A DNA stretch of 64,000 nt. It comes from Haliotis rufescens. Its lineage: Eukaryota. The translations under genes and the position numbers were made by a program. Under the pieces are notes generated by a model, which was not told the origin of the DNA, ran no database searches, and saw only the letters and a program-made list of their open reading frames with translations. This document shows positions 1-13,689 of this stretch, piece after piece. The stretch's first letter is position 1; every line of letters starts with the position of its first letter. The DNA lies in assembly GCF_023055435.1 (NCBI RefSeq), contig NW_025963802.1, positions 26,412,001 to 26,476,000 of the forward strand, in the 5' to 3' direction.

Positions 1-92
1 TTGCATGTATGTAGCAGATGTATAGGAAAATCACTTGAGTTGAATACATTTTCAAAAACAGGGGCCAAAGAATTTGAGAGAAATTTCCTGAC

Positions 93-287
93 CTGAAATT
101 CTATGAGTTCATCAAATAACTCTGCTGGAGATGCATGGAAGTTGAAAAAGAAGGACTCATTCCAAAAAGGACTGTTGGTTGACTTCTTGACACGTGTCTG
201 TTTGGTCTGGTTGAAGGTTGTGACACGGGAGACAGGCTGGATGTTGGCACCTTGTAGCTGACGGGCCTCAATCACCTTGATGCGGAT
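93..287 (-). CDS. Ferlin (dysferlin/myoferlin-type) exon encoding the C2B domain: [65 protein letters not shown]
   Basis: ttgcag acceptor and gtcagg donor, 195 bp, phase 0-0. The translation matches the ferlin C2B pattern (IRVxVIExRQL.G.NI.PV...QTK.TR.....P.FNE..FFN...SP.ELFDE). The gene continues beyond the left edge of the window. Confidence 0.93.
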
Positions 288-3199
288 CTGCAACAAGCAT
301 CATACATGTTAATGCTGCACAAATAACCCATTACCACTATCATGATTTCATGTCTAAACAAACATTTGTTCCCTGTAATATGCACTGTAGTTGAAGGTCA
401 GTGGCACATTTTGGTCCTTGTGTGACAGACATCTCATATATAGCAATGGAAGACGCCAAAACTGCAGCTTGAAATCGTACTTGGACAAGTTGCAGTACCA
501 GAACTTGAAGGCCTTCTGAGGGTCAGACAATGTTATCACAAGAGACATGAAGTATGATGTTCTGCTTCATTGATATGTAGCGTAAAGAAAGATCTTCAAC
601 AAAACTATCTGTGAAATAATTACTATTAAATAGTTAAGAAGGTTCCCATGGAAGGGACGCAGTAGACAAACATGATCAAGTAAAGAAAGTATGGTAACAA
701 GTGAAAGGATGAACTTGTAAACAAAAGATGAATCTTTTACTATATTTATGTTGTGTCTGTATCTACATCTCTTAACAAAAAAGGGCACATAAAAAGTATA
801 GTATCTTTATAGATAGTAGATATTTCATTTGAGGTACTGACATCATCTGGGCCATGATGGTTTCTGTGTAGCTCTGGGCCTAGAAACGATCGCAGCCCTA
901 AAATTATCGTAAAGTTTTGGTGAAGACATCGAAGGCTATCGTAGCCTATTTTTTAAACTATCGTAGCCCTAAGTAACATATAGTCTACTTTACGTCCAAA
1001 CATTGACATTCCATTTTGTTAAACTGTGTGATTTAAATTGACACTTCAAAAACACGAGAACGCATCAAAGATTTAACATCAGAAATGTCCTTTATCGTGA
1101 AAGTGATCCACATAACGATAGAGCCTATAACTTACAAAATATTTCTATCCAAGTCCATGCTGAAGAAGTGTGAAACAACATACCTTTTATAATAATTTTG
1201 GGAAGGATAAAAACGGAAGGTATCAGAAGGCTATAGTAATGGCCGTGACCGTATTGATAACTCAGGGTCTAATCTTAGTTCATACACTAGTTGAGAGTGG
1301 TTTCCCTTTGTGATCGCCCAGCGAGATCTTGCTCAATGTGTCCATTTTCATAAAGTGTGGTGTTCTGCTGTCACAGTGTTTCTTGATCGAATTTATGTAA
1401 ATGCTTTAGTCTTTATTTTAATGGTTTTAACAATTGAATTTTAACTTTACAGTGTAGTATTTCTTGATTTGACAAGGAAATACATGTGATCAGATATTTT
1501 GTATAGTATATTTGTATAAAGAGTACATTTCATATTTTTCCAGCCAAAGTAATTGTACTTTGTTTTGTTTTAAAAACAACACCTAGGTTATATATATTAT
1601 TGAAAGACAAATATTTGATATCAAGTGATTAAATATTATCTGTTGAACATTTGCATGCTTCAAAAACAGGGGCTTAACGGCATAGATGTATTCCATTAAA
1701 TATTGCAATTTATTGAAATTGTGACAGCAAAAGGTAAGCACAGATTTTCGTATCATATTTTAGAGAATGACGATTTGCAAAATCAAATTTTAAAAAATGG
1801 AATCCCATGCTTGTTTGGATTTAAAATGTTGTCAAAAAGTGGGATATATTGAACATTGTCCAAAATTCACTTTCCAATATATATTTGCAGAAATATGAAA
1901 TAGACATTTTCACCACAATAATCTCACACATTTACAATGAAGCTATTTCGCTCCTCAGACAGATAAAAATTAAATCAGACAAATCAGTTTATTAGCTCTA
2001 CTGAATTTAAAAGGATAGAAAAGGACTACATTATATGTATGTTCGTGTTCCATGAGACAACATAACTTGACAATTCCTAAATATCTCCTGTGTGAACGAA
2101 AATTAGTGTCCCTTTCAAATTTGGAAAAGAATTATGGATCTTGAAAGATACAAAAATAATTACATCATCTAAATACAAAAAGCTTGATATTGTATTTGAG
2201 TCTTTTGTTTAATCGTGAAATATATTGGATATAAACATGACAAACTTATCAAGCATACAGTGCTGCTTCATGAATTTTTTGTTTTGAATGTTTCCAGGTA
2301 TAATGTTGGTGTTTGTTCTATACACCCGACTTTTGACATAAACACATAAAACATGCAGCATTGTCAAATTGACCCCATATACACCATGTAACATCAGACT
2401 TGATCACGCATCTGAAATGCTGAACGCCTGCTGTTCGATCAAAGGTCTCACCTAGTCATTGTCATTTAGAATAACGTCCCTTACTTTCGTCCTTGACTTT
2501 GTATGCGATGTTTACATAAAGTTCCATGTCCACGAGAGCACCAGTTGAAGGGAAAATAGTTAAGTATCTTTTTGCGTGTTATTTCAATTCTAATAGCTAT
2601 AGTGTGCATGGTTACACTACACTTATTGATTATAACATTTATTGGGTTTGAAAAATGCCTGGCACATGAATGCTATTTGTGTTTGGGTAGTCATGGCATC
2701 TTTTATCATACGACCAAAATGTCTACATGTAGGTCATATGTAGGATTGTACGGAATGTCATTCAAATTGTTGCGTGTCAAACAGAGTGACCTGACAATGT
2801 GATCATGAACTCCGGGTCACTTTTCCATGTTGTTGTTATTGTCAGTGGCTGGGAAATCCCTGTGACATCACTGGGAAACACCCCGCTTTTAAAATCTCTG
2901 ACACAAATGAGTTCTCTGTCAGAGTTACGATAGGTATCGTAACCTTGTACAATCTGCGACATATTTAAAATAGTTTCGAAAATGTATCTTATATTAAACT
3001 TAAGATATCACATCTTTAAACGTAAGTTGTTTAGATTAATCGTAGCTAAGATCATTTGTAAAATCTAGACCCTGATCCTTTTAAAGTAAGTCTGTAGGTT
3101 GGCGAAATGAAACATGAAATCCTTCATACGGCACTGAAATACATCACAGATGGCATTCTGGGCTGCAGTGAATATGTATCGATCTTGTGAGGATATTAT

Positions 3200-6120
3200 G
3201 TTCAATCGGATTCTGAATTAAAAACACATGGAATATATTTACTAAATGATCAATTATTTAGCTATTACTATCCGTAAAGAGATTATGAATTTAAAAAAGT
3301 TAGGACGACTACAACAATACTCAGGTAATAACTTATTTCTTTCTTGTTATAAACATATACACTCGAACATATAGTGGTATTCATCACCCACTTCTCCAGA
3401 ATTCCAAATAGGACATTTTCTAACCTGGAAGGGAATATTTTTCCAACGCCCCACTTCAACTTGCAGCCTTGTATTACGAGTTCTTAACTTACGAAAAGGC
3501 TGAGAAGTGTTAAATGGTAATAAAATATAATTTTTATCCCCCGCCGCGCGAAAGCGCGAAGCGGGGGATATAGTATTCACGACCGTCCGTACGTCCGTCC
3601 GTACATCCCACCTGTTTGTTGCCGCGATATCTCAAGAACTAAACACTGGATTGTCTTCATATTTGGAACTATGGTGTATATACAGACTCCGCAGACACCA
3701 GTCGGTTTTGGTGACCTTGATCCCATTTTCAAGGTCACAGCAGACAAATCTGCTTTTAGAGTTGGAAAACGGTGTTGCCGCGATATCTCAAGAACTAAAC
3801 ACTGGATTGTCTTCATATTTGGAACTATGGTGTATATACAGACTCCGCAGACACCAGTCGGTTTTGGTGACCTTGATCCCATTTTCAAGGTCACAGCAGA
3901 CAAATCTGCTTTTAGAGTTGGAAAACGGTGTTGCCGCGATATCTCAAGAACTAAACACTGGATTGTCTTCATATTTGGAACTATGGTGTATATACAGACT
4001 CCGCAGACACCAGTCGGTTTTGGTGACCTTGATCCCATTTTCAAGGTCACAGCAGACAAATCTGCATTTAGAGTTGGAAAACGGTGTTGCCGCGATATCT
4101 CAAGAACTAAACACTGGATTGTCTTCATATTTGGAACTATGGTGTATATACAGACACCGCAGACACCAGTCGGTTTTGGTGACCTTGACCCCATTTTCAA
4201 GGTCACAGCAGGCAAATCTGCTTTTGGAGTTGGAAAACGGTGTTGCCGCGATATCTCAAGAACTAAACACTGGATTGTCTTCATATTTGGAACTATAGTG
4301 TATATACAGACACCGCAGACACCAGTTGGTTTTGGTGACCTTGATCCCATTTTCAAGGTCACAGCAGGCAAATCTGCTTTTAGAGTTGGAAAACGGTGTT
4401 GCCGCGATATCTCAAGAACTAAACCTCTCGATTGTCTTCATATTTGGAACTATGGTGTATATACAGACACCGCAGACACCAGTCGGTTTTGGTGACCTTG
4501 ACCCCATTTTCAAGGTCACAGCAGGCAAATCTGCTTTTGGAGTTGGAAAACGGTGTTGCCGCGATATCTCAAGAACTAAACACTGGATTGTCTTCATATT
4601 TGGAACTATAGTGTATATACAGACTCCGCAGACACCAGTCGGTTTTGGTGACCTTGATCCCATTTTCAAGGTCACAGCAGGCAAATCTGCTTTTAGAGTT
4701 AGAAAACGGTGTTGCCGCGATATCTCAAGAACTAAACGCTGGATTGTCTTCATATTTGGAACTATAGGCTATATACAGACACCGCATACACCTGTCAGAT
4801 TTGGTGACCTTGACCCCATTTTCAAGGTCACAGCAGGCAAATCTGTTTTTGGAGTTGGAAAACGGTGTTGCCACAATATCTCAAGAACTAATCGCTGGAT
4901 TGTCTTCATATTTGGTACTATGGTGTATATGGCGGGGGATATTTCGTCACTCTGTGACAAATACTTGTCTAAACCCATACAGGTTTAATACAATCGTTTG
5001 TCTTACCCTTTGAAGATAAAGTTGCCACCATTGATCTGTCAACATTTGTTCAACTTGGTGAAATAACCAATTCTCACTGATTACAATCTGACTCTTCCAA
5101 ACAGATGATAGCCATATTCATCTGAAGTATTTCTTCAACAAAGGAGGCTGATATACATTGCAACTATTGATCTCTCATAACTTAGCATAAACAATACATG
5201 AAAGCTTGCTTGGATTTTAAAATTCAGTAAATTACACCAATAAAATAATACGCGTTTTTAAAATAATGATACTGAAGGGAAGGCGCCCTGTTTCACCATA
5301 TAGCATATAGGTTGGAGTGGTTATAAAACCTTCTTAAAAAACATTCTATGTACTAATTCTAACATTTCAAATTACTAGATCCCCCAGACTTCACAACCAT
5401 ATAGCATTATCAGAACAACCATCTGGTCATATGCCTTAATAATCTGGTGGTAAGAGTAAAGTTCAAGCTTTGTTTCATGTTTTGTATACAAAACATTGCT
5501 TTCAAACCTTGTCCTCTGAATGATTTAATAGCAGAATTATACTTATTATTCTTATGAAATATTATCCCAAGATAATTATAACAAACAATTTCTTTTCAAG
5601 ACTGACAAAAAGTCCTATCATTAACTCTGGAAATTCCTTCATATATGCAATTATATCATCAATTTTAACACCTTCACAGGCACTATTTACTGAATATGAT
5701 TCAACATCATTTATACACAATGAAAATAACAGAGGTGACAAATGTTCTCCTTGGCGTAGACCTTTAAAATAGTTTAAAAAATGCAGAATCATTCCTCCTG
5801 ATGATATACATGACTCAATTGTATGATACATATTGAAGACTACTTTAATTGTTTCTCCTAATTTTCCTTTAATAATTAACTTTGCCATAAACCTACCTGC
5901 CAGACATTATGAAAGACATTCTCAAAACTTACAAAAACAGTATGTAATTTTCTATTTTTAGATTTATGTATATCAGGCAAACGATTCAAGAGAAAATATT
6001 ATCTAGAGGAGAATAACTTTTTCAAAAGCCTGCCTGTGCTTCACTAAGAAGTCTATTACTTTCTAAAATGTTATTAAGGCAGTTATTTAGAACAGATGTA
6101 GAAAGTTTTCCAAGACACAA
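3200..6120 (-). pseudogene. Degenerate non-LTR retrotransposon (CR1/RTEX-like RT and C-terminal zinc finger), interrupted by the element at 3531-4968
   Basis: RT motif GLRQGEHLSPLLF (ORF 5562-5888), QAGF remnant near 6030, and C-terminal LQVEVGRW..RKC..GDEYHYMFEC (ORF 3347-3580). Many stops and frameshifts; boundaries approximate. Confidence 0.7.
3531..4968 (+). mobile_element. Non-autonomous Helentron-associated (HINE/pearl-like) element with about 8.4 copies of a 156-bp core repeat
   Basis: 5' T-run followed by hairpin ATCCCCCGCC..GCGGGGGAT, a (CCGT)n-like microsatellite at 3583-3602, a 156-bp tandem array at 3617-4930, 3' subterminal GGCGGGGGAT and a GTCAC-TCT-GTGAC hairpin. Confidence 0.8.
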
Positions 6121-6224
6121 TAATATTGCATTCAGTGAGCAAAGTGAGGTGATGGGATAGCAAGGATTTGATCAAGGGAGGCAATGGTAGAGAACATTGT
6201 CAGGGAAAACCACATAAGAGTGAT

Positions 6225-6552
6225 TATCATTTTCCATGGTATTCAGAAAGACTTGATTTAGCAGCAACAACAACAGCAGGGCTTTGACAGTCAAACTAAA
6301 GAGAGCTCTCGCCTACGGCCTTGGTTTGTTGCGACTCTCTGTGTCACCCTCAGCTATATTTAAGATATTGTTCATTCTGTTCTTGTAAATATATAATAAT
6401 AACAATAATTTATCATAGTGTCTTGTGTTTTAAAAGTACATAACATGTGCTAAAAGCAGTGTTTTAGTCCTACAGCCGGCCTCACTGGGCCTCTAAGGCA
6501 CCTTTACCTTGTACCTTCAATGTCACAGTCATGAATAAAACCTGATATGATA
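6225..6552 (+). mobile_element. Diverged solo-LTR-like relic related to the LTR of the element at 46811-55313
   Basis: Shares GACTCTCTGTG(T/G)CACCCTCAG(C/T)TAT and TGTTCTTGTAAAT with 47584-47648. Bounded by TATCAT...ATGATA. Confidence 0.5.
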
Positions 6553-6690
6553 GAAATCCTCAATTGTTTTCTTAATTAAAACATACAAATATACATTTAC
6601 ACACACAGATTCGTATCCCATGCATAGGGATTCATGCCCTGACCTCTTCCACTGACAAAGTGTTTACTCTCACTTCCATACCTACCCAGT

Positions 6691-9033
6691 ACCTACAAAC
6701 ATGCATCCTGAATACCCTAACTTGCATGTTTCCATATACCCAGCCTTGCATGCCTACCAACAAACATGCATCCTGAATATCCTAACTTGCATGTTTCCAT
6801 ATATCCAGCCTTGCATGCCTACCTACAAACATGCATCCTGAATACCCTAACTTGCATGTTTCCATATATCCAGCCTTGCATGCCTACCTACAAACATCCA
6901 TCCTGAATACCCTAACTTGCATGTTTCCATATATCCAGCCTTGCATGCCTACCTACAAACATCCATCCTGAATACCCTAACTTGCATGTTTCCATATATC
7001 CAGCCTTGCATGCCTACCTACAAACATCCATCCTGAATACCCTAACTTGCATGTTTCCATATATCCAGCCTTGCATGCCTACCTACAAACATGCATCCTG
7101 AATACCCTTACTTGCATGTTTCCATATATCCAGCCTTGCATGCCTACCAACAAACATGCATCCTGAATACCCTAACTTGCATGTTTCCATATATCCAGCC
7201 TTGCATGCCTACCTACAAACATGCATCCTGAATACCCTAACTTGCATGTTTCCATATATCCAGCCTTGCATGCCTACCTACAAACATGCATCCTGAATAC
7301 CCTAACTTGCATGTTTCCATATATCCAGCCTTGCATGCCTACCAACAAACATGCATCCTGAATACCCTAACTTGCATGTTTCCATATATCCAGCCTTGCA
7401 TGCCTACCTACAAACATGCATCCTGAATACCCTAACTTGCATGTTTCCATATATCCAGCCTTGCATGCCTACCAACAAACATGCATCCTGAATACCCTAA
7501 CTTGCATGTTTCCATATACCCAGCCTTGCATGCCTACCAACAAACATGCATCCTGAATACCCTAACTTGCATGTTTCCATATACCCAGCCTTGCATGCCT
7601 ACCTACAAACATGCATCCTGAATACCCTAACTTGCATGTTTCCATATACCCAGCCTTGCATGCCTACCTACAAACATGCATCCTGAATACCCTAACTTGC
7701 ATGTTTCCATATACCCAGCCTTGCATGCCTACCTACAAACATGCATCCTGAATACCCTAACTTGCATGTTTCCATATATCCAGCCTTGCATGCCTACCAA
7801 CAAACATGCATCCTGAATACCCTAACTTGCATGTTTCCATATATCCAGCCTTGCATGCCTACCTACAAACATGCATCCTGAATACCCTAACTTGCATGTT
7901 TCCATATATCCAGCCTTGCATGCCTACCAACAAACATGCATCCTGAATACCCTAACTTGCATGTTTCCATATACCCAGCCTTGCATGCCTACCTACAAAC
8001 ATCCATCCTGAATACCCTAACTTGCATGTTTCCATATACCCAGCCTTGCATGCCTACCTACAAACATGCATCCTGAATACCCTAACTTGCATGTTTCCAT
8101 ATATCCAGCCTTGCATGCCTACCTACAAACATGCATCCTGAATACCCTAACTTGCATGTTTCCATATATCCAGCCTTGCATGCCTACCTACAAACATCCA
8201 TCCTGAATACCCTAACTTGCATGTTTCCATATACCCAGCCTTGCATGCCTACCTACAAACATGCATCCTGAATACCCTAACTTGCATGTTTCCATATATC
8301 CAGCCTTGCATGCCTACCTACAAACATGCATCCTGAATACCCTAACTTGCATGTTTCCATATACCCAGCCTTGCATGCCTACCTACAAACATGCATCCTG
8401 AATACCCTAACTTGCATGTTTCCATATACCCAGCCTTGCATGCCTACCTACAAACATGCATCCTGAATACCCTAACTTGCATGTTTCCATATATCCAGCC
8501 TTGCATGCCTACCTACAAACATGCATCCTGAATACCCTAACTTGCATGCTTTCCATATATCCAGCCTTGCATGCCTACCTACAAACATCCATCCTGAATA
8601 CCCTAACTTGCATGTTTCCATATATCCAGCCTTGCATGCCTACCAACAAACATGCATCCTGAATATCCTAACTTGCATGTTTCCATATACCCAGCCTTGC
8701 ATGCCTACCAACAAACATGCATCCTGAATACCCTAACTTGCATGTTTCCATATACCCAGCCTTGCATGCCTACCTACAAACATGCATCCTGAATATCCTA
8801 ACTTGCATGTTTCCATATACCCAGCCTTGCATGCCTACCTACAAACATGCATCCTGAATACCCTAACTTGCATGTTTCCATATACCCAGCCTTGCATGCC
8901 TACCTACAAACATGCATCCTGAATACCCTAACTTGCATGTTTCCATATATCCAGCCTTGCATGCCTACCTACAAACATCCATCCTGAATACCCTAACTTG
9001 CATGTTTCCATATACCCAGCCTTGCATGCCTAC
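6691..9033. repeat. Minisatellite, 65-bp unit, about 36 copies
   Basis: Unit ACCTACAAACATGCATCCTGAATACCCTAACTTGCATGTTTCCATATATCCAGCCTTGCATGCCT; very homogeneous. Confidence 0.97.
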
Positions 9034-9382
9034 ACCACTCCATGTGTACCCCTATTTACTGAGTTGAGATATATAAACCTATATCTATCCATTACCAAAC
9101 TTAGTCTCTTGTGACTCCAGGGAAACCAGCACACCCATTGGGAAGGTTTTGAACACCAGAACCATAGTACCATAAAACATATACAACCTCAAGCAAAATG
9201 ACATTATTTCTACAGATGCAGCGTGATACAGTTACAATATCAATAATAATTTCATACATATTCATGCTGGGACACTGGAAAAGAGTCTTACTTCGTAATT
9301 TGTATCAATGTCTTTTTATTATCTAGCATCAACTTAAAGTCTATGTGACTTAAGGAGAACCTGTCTTTCGTCAAGCACTGAC

Positions 9383-9472
9383 TTTGTTGTATCTACTGCT
9401 GATGTTGTTTGCTTGTAGAACTGTCTGGTAATACCGCATATTGTCAACACTGGCGTCAGCTGGCACACGCCC
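9383..9472 (-). CDS. Candidate 90-bp in-frame cassette exon of the ferlin (GRVPADASVDNMRYYQTVLQANNISSRYNK)
   Basis: gctgcccttgcag acceptor, AAA|GTCAGT donor, phase 0-0, no stop codon. No homology support. Confidence 0.35.
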
Positions 9473-9939
9473 CTGCAAGGGCAGCACACACAACCAAGAC
9501 ACAGGAATATTGACAGTCAGATAAACATTACACACAACAATTGGGAACAGTCTCTATGGCAATTTAATATATTGATGTCTCAAGTTATGTATTATATTGA
9601 CTAAATGATTCTGAGGACTTCACACTGAGACAGCATATGTCAGCTCTGCTTGACGTTGAAGTGTATCTGCATGAACTATGATGAAATACATTCACTGTGC
9701 AGGGGTAAAGTTGTGTGTTGTTGTTTGTGTGAAAACAACCAACAGAGTACAATAATGAATACAGGGTTCCTACCACAGCATATACACAATCAGGGGGGAG
9801 TGAGCTCAGGATTCATGTCACATCAGCAATCTTTTAGCTGTACAGCAATGAGAAAGTTACACATATTTTAAAATATCCACCAGCAAAGAACAGATTAATG
9901 ATGCTCTATGCGAATATGATTTGATTATGCATAAGCACT

Positions 9940-10435
9940 GAGTCAGTAGACATAGGCTGGAGAGCTTTAATTAGGATGTTATACGTCATTTACCAACAGT
10001 ATGAATGCTAAGTCACTAGACATAGGCTGGAGAGCTTTAATTAGGGTGTTATACGTCATTTACGAACAGTATGAATGCTAAGTCACTAGACATAGGCTGG
10101 AGAGCTTTAATTAGGGTGTTATATGTCATTTACGAACAGTATGAATGCTAAGTCACTAGACATAGGCTGGAGAGCTTTAATTAGGGTGTTATATGTCATT
10201 TACGAACAGTATGAATGCTAAGTCACTAGACATAGGCTGGAGAGCTTTAATTAGGGTGTTATATGTCATTTACGAACAGTATGAATGATAAGTCACTGGA
10301 CATAGGCTGGATAGTTTTAATTAGGGTGTTATACGTCATTTACGAACAGTATGAGTTCTAAGTCAGTAGATGTAGGCTGGAGAGCTTTAATTAGGGTGTT
10401 ATACGTCATTTACAAACTGTATGAGTGCCAAGTCA
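9940..10435. repeat. Tandem repeat, 70-bp unit, about 7 copies
   Basis: CATAGGCTGGAGAGCTTTAATTAGG or a close variant recurs at 9951, 10021, 10091, 10161, 10231, 10301 and 10371. Confidence 0.95.
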
Positions 10436-11159
10436 CATCATTATGTTCGAAAGTGGGTAACATTTCAAGGACAAAATAAATGTGTCTTGTATTACATTCA
10501 TACTCATTGAAAAGTTTGTTTGTGATAAATAATTGTCAAAACATTTTCCGTCTGTTTCTGTCATTACCTTAGGGCAAGGATGTGAAAGTCCTTTAAGAGG
10601 TCAAAGTTATTGCTGATCCACATACATATAGGTGCCACTTACAGTCAGACACTCCACCAGCACTAGCACTTGTCTTGGTTAATGCTTGGGAGTTATCTTC
10701 ACAGCCACACATGGAATGTTGCACACATAGAAAACTCCACAATTGGTCTAAATATTGACCTATACATTGCATACTTGCCCTACAGACAATTATTCCACTT
10801 AAGTATTTCTGCTAAGTGTGCACCATAATGGCAACTAAACATGGACCTAGTACATACAGCAAAATGTCAATCGTAATATTCAAACAAGTTCTCTGATGCT
10901 AATTAAAGATATGACACTTGACAGTATAACAACATACAGCACTAAGTCAGATTGAAGAAACAGTGATATATAACCAAGGCCTATTTGACACTTCCGCGTG
11001 AGAATGACGAGGAAGAACCTACACTCCGTATCTGTTCCTTAACTAACAACTCCAAAGAGAAACAATGAAGATCATCCAAAGGACATCTAACTGCATCTTT
11101 AAAATAATAACATTGGTTTCACTACATATATATCAAGCAAAGATACATAATCTCATGCA

Positions 11160-13052
11160 TGGACATGTGTACATCATACAAGAAACAGGTGATGATAGAA
11201 AATAGACAGCAAACAGAAACAGGTGTTGATAGGCATGAGACAGCAAACAGGAACAGGTGATCACAGACATGGGGACAGCATAAAGAAACAGTTGTTGATA
11301 GGCATGAGACAGCATACAGAAACAGGTGTTGATAGGCATGAGACAGCATACAGAAAAAGGTGATGACAGACATGGGGACAGCATAAAGAAACAGGTGATG
11401 ACAGACATGAGACGGCATACAGAAACAGGTGTTGATAGACATGAGACAGCATACAGAAACAGGTGTTGATAGGCATGAGACAGCAAACAGGAACAGGTGA
11501 TGACAGACATGGGGGCAGCATACAGAAACAGGTGTTGATAGGCATGAGACAGCCTACAGAAACAGGTGATTAAAGACATGAGACAGCATACAGAAACAGG
11601 TGAGGACAGTCATGGGGACAGCATACAGAAACAGGTGTTGATAGACATGGGGACAGCATACAGAAACAGGTGAGGACAGTCATGGGGACAGCATACAGAA
11701 ACAGGTGTTGATAGACATGGGGACAGCATACAGAAACAGGTGAGGACAGACATGGGGACAGCATACAGAAACAGGTGTTGATAGACATGGGGACAGCATA
11801 CAGAAACAGGTGAGGACAGACATGGGGACAGCATACAGAAACAGGTGTTGATAGACATGGGGACAGCATACAGAAACAGGTGATGACAGACATGGGGACA
11901 GCATACAGAAACAGGTGATGACAGACATGGGGACAGCATACAGAAACAGGTAATGAAAGACATGGGGACAGCATACAGAAACAGGTGATGACAGACATGG
12001 GGACAGCATACAGAAACAGGTGATGACAGACATGGGGACAGCATACAGAAACAGGTGATGAAAGACATGGGGACAGCATACAGAAACAGGTGAGGACAGA
12101 CATGGGGACAGCATACAGAAACAGGTGATTAAAGACATGGGGACAGCATACAGAAACAGGTGATGACAGACATGGGGACAGCATACAGAAACAGGTGATG
12201 ACAGACATGGGGACAGCATACAGAAACAGGTAATGAAAGACATGGGGACAGCATACAGAAACAGGTGATGACAGACATGGGGACAGCATACAGAAACAGG
12301 TGATGACAGACATGGGGACAGCATACAGAAACAGGTGATGAAAGACATGGGGACAGCATACAGAAACAGGTGAGGACAGACATGGGGACAGCATACAGAA
12401 ACAGGTGATTAAAGACATGGGGACAGCATACAGAAACAGGTGTTGATAGACATGGGGACAGCATACAGAAACAGGTGATGACAGACATGGGGACAGCATA
12501 CAGAAACAGGTGAGGACAGACATGGGGACAGCATACAGAAACAGGTGAGGACAGACATGAGACAGCATACAGAAACAGGTGAGGACAGACATGGGGACAG
12601 CATACAGAAACAGGTGAGGACAGACATGGGGACAGCATACAGAAACAGGTGATTAAAGACATGGGGACAGCATACAGAAACAGGTGTTGATAGACATGGG
12701 GACAGCATACAGAAACAGGTGAGGACAGACATGAGACAGCATACAGAAACAGGTGAGGACAGACATGGGGACAGCATACAGAAACAGGTGAGGACAGACA
12801 TGGGGACAGCATACAGAAACAGGTGATGACAGACATGGGGACAGCATACAGAAACAGGTGAGGACAGACATGGGGACAGCATACAGAAACAGGTGAGGAC
12901 AGACATGGGGACAGCATACAGAAACAGGTGATGACAGACATGGGGACAGCATACAGAAACAGGTGAGGACAGACATGGGGACAGCATACAGAAACAGGTG
13001 AGGACAGACATGGGGACAGCATACAGAAACAGGTGAGGACAGACATGGGGGA
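11160..13052. repeat. Minisatellite, 35-bp unit (34-bp variant), about 54 copies
   Basis: Unit CATGGGGACAGCATACAGAAACAGGTGATGACAGA; explains the overlapping Cys-rich ORFs. Confidence 0.97.
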
Positions 13053-13689
13053 CATAATTTAACTTCAAGAGAATAAAAATTGTAGTCTTGATTTCATATA
13101 TAGCTCGCTTGACTTGCAGTAATGGTGCTGATTTACAAGGCAGATGACAGGGCAATATTCCTTTCTATTTTCATTGTAGTTGATTAAAAACAAAACTATA
13201 CAGAGATTCCACGTAAAGGGTGAAATATATGGATCTCTTTTTAGTAATGATCCAAGGAATTGGACCTTTGTTTGTATGATGTCCCTACTGCTCCATGAAC
13301 GCGGCAATATTAAGCCATTGGAAACTATGTTTTTGTCATCAAGGTACAAATATGTTAATTAAGTAAACAGTTTATAACCCTGGGCAAACTTCTATGTGCA
13401 ACGTATAATATTAATTATTGATTAATGTGTCTAGGTATCTAGTTATGCCAGTTCAAACCAGTATGAATATAGTGGAAGAACATAATTGCAATAGATGTCC
13501 GAGACACTGGTCATATATAAACACTTAAACCAGAAATATTGATTAAATGTGTCATATTAAAAATGAATATGACACATTCCATCTAATATCTAATTCAGTT
13601 TCTTGTCTGTCCAATAAGGCTATATCACAACACCTGTCTGTCAAGAGCCCTACATCCCATCAGCTAACTATACTGTTAACAACATCATC

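Noticed and set aside
870-3075. Possible MITE or DNA transposon with GGGCCTAGA/CAGGGTCTA..TAGACCCTG ends
   Set aside because: Only about 9 bp of inverted match and no clear TSD, so boundaries cannot be supported.
3577-4988. Long overlapping ORFs with 52-aa repeats on both strands
   Set aside because: They follow from a stop-poor 156-bp (multiple of 3) tandem unit inside a non-autonomous element; not a gene.
6691-10435. Regular repeats resembling CRISPR arrays or telomeric repeats (CCCTAA/TTAGGG within units)
   Set aside because: No unique spacers, no cas genes, eukaryotic context; only one telomeric hexamer per unit.
11122-13155. Cys-rich keratin-associated/metallothionein-like ORFs
   Set aside because: All three minus frames are open because of the 35-bp minisatellite.
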